A stretch of 12,202 nucleotides of DNA from a virus: IMG/VR virus record IMGVR_UViG_3300036828_000401; one strand, 5' to 3'. Below, piece after piece: positions 5,546 through 12,202 of this stretch. The notes under the pieces are model-generated. The model saw only the letters and a list, made by a program, of their open reading frames with translations, made no database searches and was not told the DNA's origin. Position 1 is the stretch's first letter. Every line of letters starts with the position of its first letter. The translations under genes were made by a program, and so were the position numbers.

Positions 5546-5935
5546 ACGGGCGCAAGCCCACAGGCCACTAGAAGTGGCTCCAATGCCTAGCAAAGGCACC
5601 GTCATGGTAAGGCGGTATGGGTGCGATTCCCATGCAAGAACTTAACGCTGAAAGCTCAGGGCTGAAACTTTAAGATTCTAAAAGCTCAAAGCCGAAAGTG
5701 GATAAGCTGAACAAAATCCGGTGTTCCATCTGGCCCGCCATCGAAGGGTGGTGGGCGGCGCACTCACCAGCGCTATCTCGGGAAACCGGCTGCGGTCTGG
5801 AACTGCCAAATCTAACGTTGAATGCCCTTGCCCCGATCAAAGCCTGTAACTTTAGGTACAGGCGCTAGCTTCTCCAACCGTTACAGCGGTGGCTGCACTT
5901 AAAGGCAAGGATGAGGTGCAGCATAAGGAACGACA
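5546..5935 (+). ncRNA. Putative structured non-coding RNA region, family unassigned
   Basis: No convincing plus-strand ORF. Stem-loops: GGGC-GCAA-GCCC (5548-5559), GCCACT-aga-AGTGGC (5564-5578), TGCCT-agcaa-AGGCA (5584-5598), GTATGGG-tgcgatt-CCCATGC (5615-5635), GCCCGCCA/TGGTGGGC (5733-5756), CGG-GAAA-CCG (5779-5788), GCCTGTA/TACAGGC (5842-5863), GCTGCAC/GTGCAGC (5892-5922). Exact ends unknown. Confidence 0.5.
5651..5697 (+). repeat. Two 17-nt imperfect direct repeats, 30 nt apart
   Basis: AAAGCTCAGGGCTGAAA (5651-5667) and AAAGCTCAAAGCCGAAA (5681-5697), 3 mismatches. Confidence 0.5.
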
Positions 5936-6009
5936 CGATGGATCAGACCGTAGAAAATAACGGAGCGTCGTAATCACCATTCAACGCGCGTTTAGCGGGG
6001 AGCGCCAAT

Positions 6010-6159
6010 ATGTTGTCAATGCAGGCCGAAGAAATGCTGGAACAGATGCAGATCGCCCAGAACCGTATCCTTGGGATACTGGCCGTGGGTTTTGTAAGCG
6101 GTTTCATAATGGGTCTACTGGCTGCTTGGATTCTCGTCCGGTCGGCGACTATGAGATAG
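6010..6159 (+). CDS. 49-aa membrane protein MLSMQAEEMLEQMQIAQNRILGILAVGFVSGFIMGLLAAWILVRSATMR
   Basis: RBS-like GGGGAG upstream of ATG; single transmembrane segment; below the ORF-track length cutoff. Confidence 0.55.
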   Translation: MLSMQAEEMLEQMQIAQNRILGILAVGFVSGFIMGLLAAWILVRSATMR

Positions 6160-6167
6160 GGGGAACC

Positions 6168-6341
6168 ATGACTGTCGGAGAACAGTTGCTGGAGATGCGC
6201 AACCAACTGATTCAAATTCAAGCTGAGCTTGATGAGATACTGCGCCGCATTCCTGAACCTCGCTGCCGGATGTGCGGTATGGGTTTGGGTTTTCACAACC
6301 GCGCTACCATGCCCGACCTCGACCACGAGTTTGTTGCGTGA
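6168..6341 (+). CDS. Hypothetical protein, 57 aa (MTVGEQLLEMRNQLIQIQAELDEILRRIPEPRCRMCG...)
   Basis: AGGGGGAACC upstream of ATG at 6168, in frame with the ORF listed from 6126; CRMCG pair. Confidence 0.65.
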   Translation: MTVGEQLLEMRNQLIQIQAELDEILRRIPEPRCRMCGMGLGFHNRATMPDLDHEFVA

Positions 6342-6556
6342 TGAACTTCATGGAAAGACTGGTGGCGGGGGACGTGTATGCTGACGATATTGATGACTGG
6401 GTGGACAACTGGCATCTCATTGAGAAGTCGGTACCTGCTCAGGTATGCCAGCCGCTGCACGAGTTCCTTGGTATGACCACTGAGGAGTACGCGCGCTGGG
6501 TGACCAACCCCGACGTTCTGCAACAGATCGCGAGAGAACGGAACATGCGCTCGTAG
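6341..6556 (+). CDS. Conserved phage hypothetical protein, 71 aa (LHEFLGMTTEEYARWVTNP type)
   Basis: ATG at 6341 overlaps upstream TGA (TGATG). The LHE(Y/F)LGMTxEEYxxWV pattern is typical of small phage proteins near packaging genes. Confidence 0.7.
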   Translation: MNFMERLVAGDVYADDIDDWVDNWHLIEKSVPAQVCQPLHEFLGMTTEEYARWVTNPDVLQQIARERNMRS

Positions 6557-6617
6557 CCTAGTGGTTAGGCGACGGCTTTCCGCGCCGTTAACGAAGGTTC
6601 GATTCCTTCCGGGCGCT
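6547..6617 (+). tRNA. tRNA-Gly(UCC)
   Basis: Full cloverleaf: acceptor GCGCTCG/CGGGCGC, D-arm GCCT-AGTGGTT-AGGC, anticodon arm ACGGC-TTTCCGC-GCCGT (anticodon TCC), variable TAAC, T-arm GAAGG-TTCGATT-CCTTC, discriminator T. No encoded CCA. Confidence 0.92.
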
Positions 6618-6639
6618 TAAAGATTTAGGAGGTAGGCAA

Positions 6640-6870
6640 ATGGGAGTAATGAGAAAACTCAATCGGTTTGGCGACACGGAAGTTCAGTGGACCCCCACTG
6701 ATAAGGAGTCAGTGCGCAGAGCGCGGCTGGTCTTTGATAACCATGTGACTGTCGAACGCGGGATGGCTTTTGAGGTGCTTGCAGACCCGCGTGAGCCTGC
6801 GGAGGTAATTCGCAAGTTCAACCCGGACGCCAAGGAGATCGTGCTGGCGCCGCGTATGGTCGGGGGATGA
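6640..6870 (+). CDS. Conserved phage hypothetical protein, 76 aa
   Basis: Strong SD (AGGAGG) before ATG; pattern RRARLVFDNHV...AFEVLADP...VIRKFNPDAKEIVLAPRMVGG resembles a small protein common in phage late regions. Confidence 0.75.
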   Translation: MGVMRKLNRFGDTEVQWTPTDKESVRRARLVFDNHVTVERGMAFEVLADPREPAEVIRKFNPDAKEIVLAPRMVGG

Positions 6871-7490
6871 TCCCCGGTCGGAGGGCGCGGCTGCGACTTG
6901 CAGATCGTGCGAGGGTGCAACGAAGGCTGGATTATTGGCGGGCGATGGGAACAGCAAATGTTGTTGTCTACGAGTGGCTAGGGGCGCAGCAACAGGGGAT
7001 TGTCGCCGGGGGCTGCTATCAGCCGGGGCTGGGGAACGTTAACGATGCCGCGCAACAGATGGCATATCAACAGGCGCGACTTGGGTACGCTGATTTTGCA
7101 GCGCAGCAGGCGCAGTACGATGTGATGGCGAGTGCGGCGCAGTTCGAGGAAATGCAAGGGATAAATAAACATCGTGCGCAGGCGCTACATGCGGCTGATG
7201 AGTTGTTACGCTCGCACCTGACTGAGGAACAGCGTCGGGACTTGGAGACTTTCGGTTGGTTCGAGGTTCAGGGTAAGTGGCGCCGCCCCTTGCACAGGTC
7301 AACGTGGCATAGGTTTCGGATTTACTCCGGTGGTTCGATTCGCGAGGTAAAGCGCAGTGGTGGGATAAAGGACTTCTGTATCATCGCTCTGGAAACCCTT
7401 CCCTCTGCGGACGTGATGCTAACGCTGAAGCTATTGGTAGAGAGCGATCTGAACCGGTTCTATAAGACGGCGCGTCCACTGTCGTCTTAG
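6867..7490 (+). CDS. Conserved phage hypothetical protein, 207 aa
   Basis: ATGA overlap with the upstream stop; C-terminal LLRSHLTEEQRRDLETFGWFEVQG...HRFRIYSGG pattern seen in phage proteins. Confidence 0.75.
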   Translation: MIPGRRARLRLADRARVQRRLDYWRAMGTANVVVYEWLGAQQQGIVAGGCYQPGLGNVNDAAQQMAYQQARLGYADFAAQQAQYDVMASAAQFEEMQGINKHRAQALHAADELLRSHLTEEQRRDLETFGWFEVQGKWRRPLHRSTWHRFRIYSGGSIREVKRSGGIKDFCIIALETLPSADVMLTLKLLVESDLNRFYKTARPLSS

Positions 7491-7567
7491 TAATGGGAGT
7501 CATATTGGTGTAATGGTTGTGCGGTAACTTAACTAACCAACCGTGTGTGGTCTGTGGAGGAAAGTAG

Positions 7568-8182
7568 ATGGATGCATTCTTCGCGATGATCGTTCCGATG
7601 GCACCGCCATCGGGTCCACCCTCAGTGCCGCCTTGGTGGCCGGGACATCCAGAGCACCCGATCCCACCGGGGATATGGCCGACGCCGCCCGGAAGTGCTG
7701 GACCACCGGGGTATCCCTCGCACCCGATCTATCTGCCGGGGCACCCAGCACACCCCATTCCACCTACTGTGTGGCCGGAACCCCCGACTGGAGCGCCACC
7801 GGGGTATTGGGGTGGTGCCCCTATTCCTTGGCCCACCCCGCCGATTTACTATCCCCCGGTTTATCCGATGCCACCGATTGCTTATCCGCCGTGGTATCCC
7901 GGTGCTCCAACGCATCCAATCCCACCGGGAGTTTGGCCGAATCCACCTGTGGCAGGTGGCCCGCCACTGGGGACTTGGGGTGGAGATGCTCCGTGGCCGG
8001 GGTATGCCACGCCACCGATAGTGATACCGCCTGATGCTCTGCCACCGGGGATTACCGTGCCAGAAGGCAAAGCGTTAGTCGTCGTCTATATTCCGGGGGC
8101 AGGGTACAAGGCGGTTTTCATCCCGATACCCGGACCTCCAGGCAACATGCCGCCAGCTACCCAGCCGGTAGCTAAGAGCTAG
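7568..8182 (+). CDS. Pro/Gly/Trp-rich repeat protein, 204 aa
   Basis: GGAGG upstream of ATG. Three copies of PGHPxHPIPPxxWPxPP (aa 25-41, 57-73, 111-127) and a non-repetitive C-terminus EGKALVVVYIPGAGYKAVFIPIPG. Confidence 0.75.
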   Translation: MDAFFAMIVPMAPPSGPPSVPPWWPGHPEHPIPPGIWPTPPGSAGPPGYPSHPIYLPGHPAHPIPPTVWPEPPTGAPPGYWGGAPIPWPTPPIYYPPVYPMPPIAYPPWYPGAPTHPIPPGVWPNPPVAGGPPLGTWGGDAPWPGYATPPIVIPPDALPPGITVPEGKALVVVYIPGAGYKAVFIPIPGPPGNMPPATQPVAKS

Positions 8183-8187
8183 ATCAG

Positions 8188-8631
8188 GTGAGCGAAACCG
8201 GCGATCCACGCATCCCGCAGCGCGTTTGGCGGAAGATTACCGTCACGCCTGCGGGGTGCTGGCAGTGGGACGGACGTCTTGAGCCAACTGGCTACGCACG
8301 GGTGAGGGTGGGTAAACGAATGTGTTTACTTCACCGCTGGGTCTATACCACCCTCGTCGGTCCAATTCCTGATGGGCTGGAGTGCGACCACCTCTGTCGC
8401 AATCGAGCGTGCGGCAACCCCAGCCATATTGAGCCAGTGACGCGCCGGGAGAATCTACGACGCGGCTACAATACCAACGCTGCTAAGACCGCGTGTCCAC
8501 AGGGACATCCGTACACACCTGAGAACACGATGCTTACCCGTGGATTCCGATACTGTAAGCAGTGCAACAGGGCGGGAGTGCGAGCAGCGTGGCGGCGCCG
8601 AAAGAACATGACGCTGGATCAGGTGGGCTAA
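8188..8631 (+). CDS. HNH endonuclease, 147 aa
   Basis: CWQWDG...GYARV...LHRWVYTTLVGPIPDGLECDHLCRNRACGNPSHIEPVTRRENLRRG matches HNH_3-type homing/phage endonucleases. Confidence 0.9.
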   Translation: MSETGDPRIPQRVWRKITVTPAGCWQWDGRLEPTGYARVRVGKRMCLLHRWVYTTLVGPIPDGLECDHLCRNRACGNPSHIEPVTRRENLRRGYNTNAAKTACPQGHPYTPENTMLTRGFRYCKQCNRAGVRAAWRRRKNMTLDQVG

Positions 8632-8675
8632 AAGTTATAGCGTTGGGGTGCTCAAATTTCTTCTCCTTAGTCAAC

Positions 8676-8706
8676 GAGGGTCAGCCGCAGCTCACGGCTG
8701 GCCCTC
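8676..8706 (+). terminator. Strong stem-loop, probable transcription terminator
   Basis: GAGGGTCAGCCG-cagctca-CGGCTGGCCCTC, 12 bp with one wobble, followed by actcttt. Confidence 0.6.
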
Positions 8707-8717
8707 ACTCTTTGTAG

Positions 8718-8888
8718 ATGTTTGACTTCAACATTCGTAGGGTGATTCGGTTTCAACGCCTCGCGTATTACGGCTTTATCTGGCTGGTCGAGTTCAACGA
8801 TTCTCAACTGGTGCTCGCAGTCGATGACACGTACACGGAGGACGGCAACTACGTCCTGAAGGTGCTGAGTGAAGCGGGGTCCACATAA
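8718..8888 (+). CDS. Hypothetical protein, 56 aa (MFDFNIRRVIRFQRLAYYGFIWLVEFNDSQLVLAVDDTY...)
   Basis: ORF just below the track cutoff filling the gap before the next gene and overlapping it by 20 nt. Confidence 0.5.
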   Translation: MFDFNIRRVIRFQRLAYYGFIWLVEFNDSQLVLAVDDTYTEDGNYVLKVLSEAGST

Positions 8889-9216
8889 CGGGCGCTATAT
8901 CCTCGATGGCAAGATTCCGGTGCCGTGCGAAGACTTGTTGGAGTGGGGGCGTTGGATGGAGGGCCACGACGGGAGGCGCATAGTTAGGCAGGAAGAGGTC
9001 GGTCATTTCTTTGTGAGCACCGTGTTCTTGGGCCTCGACCATAGCTGGCTGGACGACACGCCACCTGCGCTGTTTGAAACGATGGTGTTCCACTACGACA
9101 AAAACGACCACCGTCTCAGCGCCGACGACGCGCCGCAGATTCGGACCCCCACGTGGGAGACGGCGCTTGAGGCACACGCAGAGGCGGTAGTGTGGGCACG
9201 GGAGCGGCTGTCGTGA
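8869..9216 (+). CDS. Conserved phage hypothetical protein, 115 aa
   Basis: YILDGKIPVPCEDLLEWGRWME...VSTVFLGLDHSWLDDTPPALFETMVF pattern is recurrent in phage genomes. GTG start. Confidence 0.75.
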   Translation: MKRGPHNGRYILDGKIPVPCEDLLEWGRWMEGHDGRRIVRQEEVGHFFVSTVFLGLDHSWLDDTPPALFETMVFHYDKNDHRLSADDAPQIRTPTWETALEAHAEAVVWARERLS

Positions 9217-9392
9217 CGCGGTGGGCGGACCTTGCGGTGGTGGCGGCGATTGTCTCACCGTGGCTTGGGATGATCATATTGGTCGTGATATTAAGCCGCC
9301 ATGCGGAACGCCTGCGTGTTGTGGAGCGCGAGGTACTGGCAATGAGGGACGTGCTTGGTGGGTTGGTGGATGACCTTGGGTGGAAAAAGTGA
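9213..9392 (+). CDS. Small membrane protein, 59 aa
   Basis: GTG at 9213 overlaps upstream TGA (GTGA); N-terminal hydrophobic segment. Confidence 0.6.
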   Translation: MTRWADLAVVAAIVSPWLGMIILVVILSRHAERLRVVEREVLAMRDVLGGLVDDLGWKK

Positions 9393-9850
9393 ATAGGTTG
9401 CTCATCGACTTTCGAGTGATTCCCCATCGCAAGCAGCGCTACGACACTTGCGGAGATTGGTTTCGGGCCGATGGTCATTGGTTCTTCCGCGTCTCCAAGC
9501 TGAAGAAACAATACGTGGCACTGGTCTTCCTCCACGAGATCATCGAGTTCGTGCTCTGCCGCCTAGACCACATCAAGGTCAAGGAAATCGATCGGTTCGA
9601 CCGGATCTACGAGGCTACCCGTCACAAGGACTTGGCGCCGTGTGGTTGCGCGCATCTGGAAGAACCGGGTGATGACATCCACGCGCCCTATCATCACCAG
9701 CACAGTACGGCCTCCCGCTGCGAGCGATTGATCGCTGAAGCGCTTGGGGTAGATTGGCAGAAGTACACCGATGAAGTTGAATCCCTCGACCATAAGAATG
9801 GGGCTGGACGACATCAAAAGGCAGCTCAAGAAACTGCGGGAGATGCGTAA
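9389..9850 (+). CDS. Phage protein with HExxE motif, metallopeptidase-like, 153 aa
   Basis: GTG at 9389 overlaps upstream TGA. LVFLHEIIEFVLCRLDHI plus PGDDIHAPYHHQHSTASRCERLIAEALGVDWQKY. Confidence 0.65.
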   Translation: MNRLLIDFRVIPHRKQRYDTCGDWFRADGHWFFRVSKLKKQYVALVFLHEIIEFVLCRLDHIKVKEIDRFDRIYEATRHKDLAPCGCAHLEEPGDDIHAPYHHQHSTASRCERLIAEALGVDWQKYTDEVESLDHKNGAGRHQKAAQETAGDA

Positions 9851-9980
9851 TGCGAGAGCCAAGCGATCCCTTCAAAAAGATCAAACCGATACGCGCAGCA
9901 AAACGCGGGGTAGGAAAAGTCTTCAAGCCCCCAAGGATGCCAAAGCCCCCAAAACCAAAACTGTCGTTCTAGTCAAGTAA
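9771..9980 (+). CDS. Small lysine-rich protein, 60-69 aa (alternative start at 9798)
   Basis: ORF filling the gap before the terminase genes; MGLDDIKRQLKKLREMRNARAKR... Confidence 0.5.
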   Translation: MKLNPSTIRMGLDDIKRQLKKLREMRNARAKRSLQKDQTDTRSKTRGRKSLQAPKDAKAPKTKTVVLVK

Positions 9981-10481
9981 ATGGGCATCAGGCATTGCCC
10001 CATCTGTTCGCACGGTTCTCGGAGTGCGATCGAGAAGAAGCTGCGCGAAGGCGCTTCGCTGTCCCTGCTCGCGCAAAGCTACGGGGTGACCGATGAAGTA
10101 CTCCGTCAGCACCGCGATGCTCATCTCAACGCGGTAGTCTCGGCCAATAACATCGCCATCACGCCGTCCAAGATGGATGCGGCGGCGATGTTCCTCGAAC
10201 ACGACGAGTGCATTCGCGAGTGCAAGGATCTAATTGATTGGTCCCGCGCCAACACCCATGTGCATGGATGGTCGTCGGGGATTCGCCTGTGGCTGACGGC
10301 CATGCACCAGCAGAATCAGCTCTTGGGTCTATACGAACAGGTAGACCCACGACTCGCACAGCATCGTAATCGGCAGCTCATTGACGTGGTGTCCCGCGCG
10401 TTGGAGAAGTTCCCCGACGCACAGCGCGAGGTGCTGGCGGCTATCGACCAGGTGGAAGAGGATGGCGAGCCAACTACGTGA
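9981..10481 (+). CDS. Putative small terminase subunit
   Basis: Directly upstream of and overlapping TerL. CPIC...REGASLSLLAQSYGVTDEVLRQHRDAHL looks like a DNA-binding HTH region. Confidence 0.55.
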   Translation: MGIRHCPICSHGSRSAIEKKLREGASLSLLAQSYGVTDEVLRQHRDAHLNAVVSANNIAITPSKMDAAAMFLEHDECIRECKDLIDWSRANTHVHGWSSGIRLWLTAMHQQNQLLGLYEQVDPRLAQHRNRQLIDVVSRALEKFPDAQREVLAAIDQVEEDGEPTT

Positions 10482-12120
10482 ACTGAAGGACGCGTTACTC
10501 AGGCATCGCAGTTGTGAGTCTCACCCGCCGCTGCGGCGCAGCCACGACGCCGAAGAGGCGGCGCTGTTTGCCGAATCGTTTCAGTATTGTTCCGCCGGCG
10601 CGCGGCGCGAGCACTTGCGTTGGATGGCGCGCAACGACCTGTTTTATCTCGGCGTCTACATCCTGCATCGCATCCACTGGATCGGCATGGGTTCGGAGCA
10701 GCGAGGCTTCCCACCCGAACACAAGAGCAAGATTGCCAAGTGGTACCATGCGCGCTGCTGGGATGTGCAGGAGAACCCGAACAATCACCTCGACGTGTGG
10801 GCTCGTGAGCACGGTAAGTCGGAGATCCTGAGTTTCGCGTTGGTCATTCAGGACATCCTCAACGATCCCAACAACACCATCGGGCTTTTCTCTCACACCA
10901 GTCCGCTGGCCAAACAGTTCTTGCGCTTGATCAAAACGGAGCTGGAGATCAACGAGGAGCTGAAGGATCTGTTCCCTGAGATCCTCTACTCCGAACCTCG
11001 GCGGCAGAGTCCCAAGTGGTCGGAGAACGAGGGCATCACCGTCAAGCGCCGCACCAATCGTAAGGAATGCACCGTCGAGGCGTGGGGGCTGATTGACGGC
11101 CAACCGACCAGCAAGCGCTTCACCATCCTGCATTACGACGACGTGGTGTCGCGGGACCAGACCTCCGAGTACATGACTGCGAACACCAAGCAGGAGCTGG
11201 AGAACAGCTTCGCGCTGACTGCTTCTGATCCCATGATCATTCGCATCATCGGTACCCCGCAGGAAATCGGCGACGTCATCTGCCAGCTCATGGACGAGAA
11301 GAAGTTCCCGCTGCGCTTCCATCCGGCTGCCGACGAGAAGGGTCAGCCGGTGTTCTTCTCCGAGAACAAGCTGGCCGACTTCAAGGACAAGATGTCCCCG
11401 AAGGTCTTCGCACTCCAGTTTCTGCTGGACCCGAAGGCGGCACAGGACGCGCACGCCATTGGGTTCCTGTCGGAGTGGTGGCTGACCTATCAGGGTGACT
11501 TCAGCCTCAACAATCTCAATCTGTACATTCTGGTGGACCCCGCCGGCCGTGGTCCGGAGTACAACTCACAGTACGCGCTGTGGGTGGTGGGCTGCGGTGC
11601 GGATCGCAAGTGGCGAATCATTGACGGCGTGCTCGATAACCTCGACCTGGCGCAGCGTACTGAGGTCTTGTTCGAGATGATGCGTAAGTACCCGCGCGTG
11701 CTGAAAGTCATCTACGAGCAGCAGTCTCTGCAGGCGGACATCGAGCACATCCGCGACATTCAGAACCGGGAGAATTTCATCTTCGCCATTCAGGCCGCGA
11801 CTGGCATCCGTAACAAGGATGCCCGCATCGAGCGCCTGATTCCGAAATACCGGCATGGCGATGTGCTGGCCCCGGAACGGTTGATGTATCACACCAAGGC
11901 CGGCGTGAACCTCGATATCATCAGGCACTTTCGCGATGTCGAGTACGCCAAGTGGCCATTCAATCCGAGTTACCGGGATCAGCTTGATGCGCTCGCGCGT
12001 ATTTGCGATGAAGCGGAGTGCAACTTCGTCTATCCGGTTGCGTATGGGCAAGGACGGGTGGAAGGCCAGCATTGGAATCAGGATGGTGCGACCAGCACCG
12101 GGAGTTGGTTGAGTGAATGA
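10462..12120 (+). CDS. Terminase large subunit (TerL), 552 aa
   Basis: Walker A-like WAREHGKSEILSF, Walker B-like FTILHYDDVVSRD, coupling-like IRIIGTP, nuclease-like LYILVDPAGR. Start moved from 10381 to ATG 10462, giving a short overlap with TerS. Confidence 0.88.
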   Translation: MASQLRELKDALLRHRSCESHPPLRRSHDAEEAALFAESFQYCSAGARREHLRWMARNDLFYLGVYILHRIHWIGMGSEQRGFPPEHKSKIAKWYHARCWDVQENPNNHLDVWAREHGKSEILSFALVIQDILNDPNNTIGLFSHTSPLAKQFLRLIKTELEINEELKDLFPEILYSEPRRQSPKWSENEGITVKRRTNRKECTVEAWGLIDGQPTSKRFTILHYDDVVSRDQTSEYMTANTKQELENSFALTASDPMIIRIIGTPQEIGDVICQLMDEKKFPLRFHPAADEKGQPVFFSENKLADFKDKMSPKVFALQFLLDPKAAQDAHAIGFLSEWWLTYQGDFSLNNLNLYILVDPAGRGPEYNSQYALWVVGCGADRKWRIIDGVLDNLDLAQRTEVLFEMMRKYPRVLKVIYEQQSLQADIEHIRDIQNRENFIFAIQAATGIRNKDARIERLIPKYRHGDVLAPERLMYHTKAGVNLDIIRHFRDVEYAKWPFNPSYRDQLDALARICDEAECNFVYPVAYGQGRVEGQHWNQDGATSTGSWLSE

Positions 12121-12202
12121 AGAAGGTAGCTTTGGTAATCACCCTTGCATGGGTGCTGTGTTTGCTGGTTGTGATGCCGGCGTCGGCGAAGCACCACAAG
12201 AA
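12117..12202 (+). CDS. Signal-peptide-bearing protein, partial (MKKVALVITLAWVLCLLVVMPASAKHHK...)
   Basis: ATGA overlap with TerL stop; Lys-Lys N-terminus, hydrophobic core and an ASA-like cleavage site; runs off the right edge. Confidence 0.6.
   Translation, partial: MKKVALVITLAWVLCLLVVMPASAKHHK

Noticed and set aside
7491-7567. tRNA-like fragment ttggtgtaatggttgtgc
   Set aside because: Resembles a D-arm only; no T-arm or acceptor partner was found.
7543-8034. 163-aa plus-strand ORF in another frame over the Pro-rich gene
   Set aside because: The repeat-bearing frame has a good GGAGG ribosome-binding site and meaningful repeats; this one is likely a by-product of biased codons.
8794-9258. 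154-aa minus-strand ORF
   Set aside because: Antisense to a recognisable conserved phage gene (8869-9216).
10495-11454. 319-aa minus-strand ORF antisense to TerL
   Set aside because: Fully antisense to a well-supported TerL; long antisense ORFs are common in GC-rich coding DNA, and no domain motif was recognised.
11566-12072. 168-aa minus-strand ORF antisense to TerL
   Set aside because: Same reasoning as for the other antisense ORFs; no leader or SD support noticed.
1-12202. CRISPR array, transposon ends or insertion sequence
   Set aside because: No regularly spaced repeat-spacer pattern, transposase or terminal inverted repeats were seen. The repeated GGAGACAGGCACAATG elements are at start codons and irregularly spaced, so they are not CRISPR repeats.

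Overview
The window looks like part of a double-stranded DNA (pro)phage or viral contig with two arms of different texture.

Left arm (1 to ~3500): a minus-strand operon of small genes. It includes a SprT-like zinc metalloprotease running off the left edge, a Gp88-like protein and small Cys-pair proteins. Nine genes or micro-ORFs follow a nearly invariant 16-nt leader ending in the start codon (GGAGACAGGCACAATG on the coding strand). The leader exposes very small ORFs (21, 31 and 32 aa) that the supplied ORF track does not list under their own starts.

Middle (~3500-4075): a non-coding, hairpin-rich divergent boundary.

Right arm (4078 to the end): plus-strand phage genes with many stop/start overlaps. 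It includes a structured non-coding stretch (~5546-5935), a tRNA-Gly(UCC) overlapping the end of a CDS, a Pro/Gly-rich repeat protein, an HNH endonuclease, a hairpin terminator candidate, a probable small terminase and a clear large terminase.

Best candidates for something new: (1) the repeated GGAGACAG leader with a possible mutually exclusive RNA hairpin upstream of one gene, and (2) the structured RNA region near the tRNA. All family assignments come from reading the sequence. No database search was run, and all motif counts are by eye.
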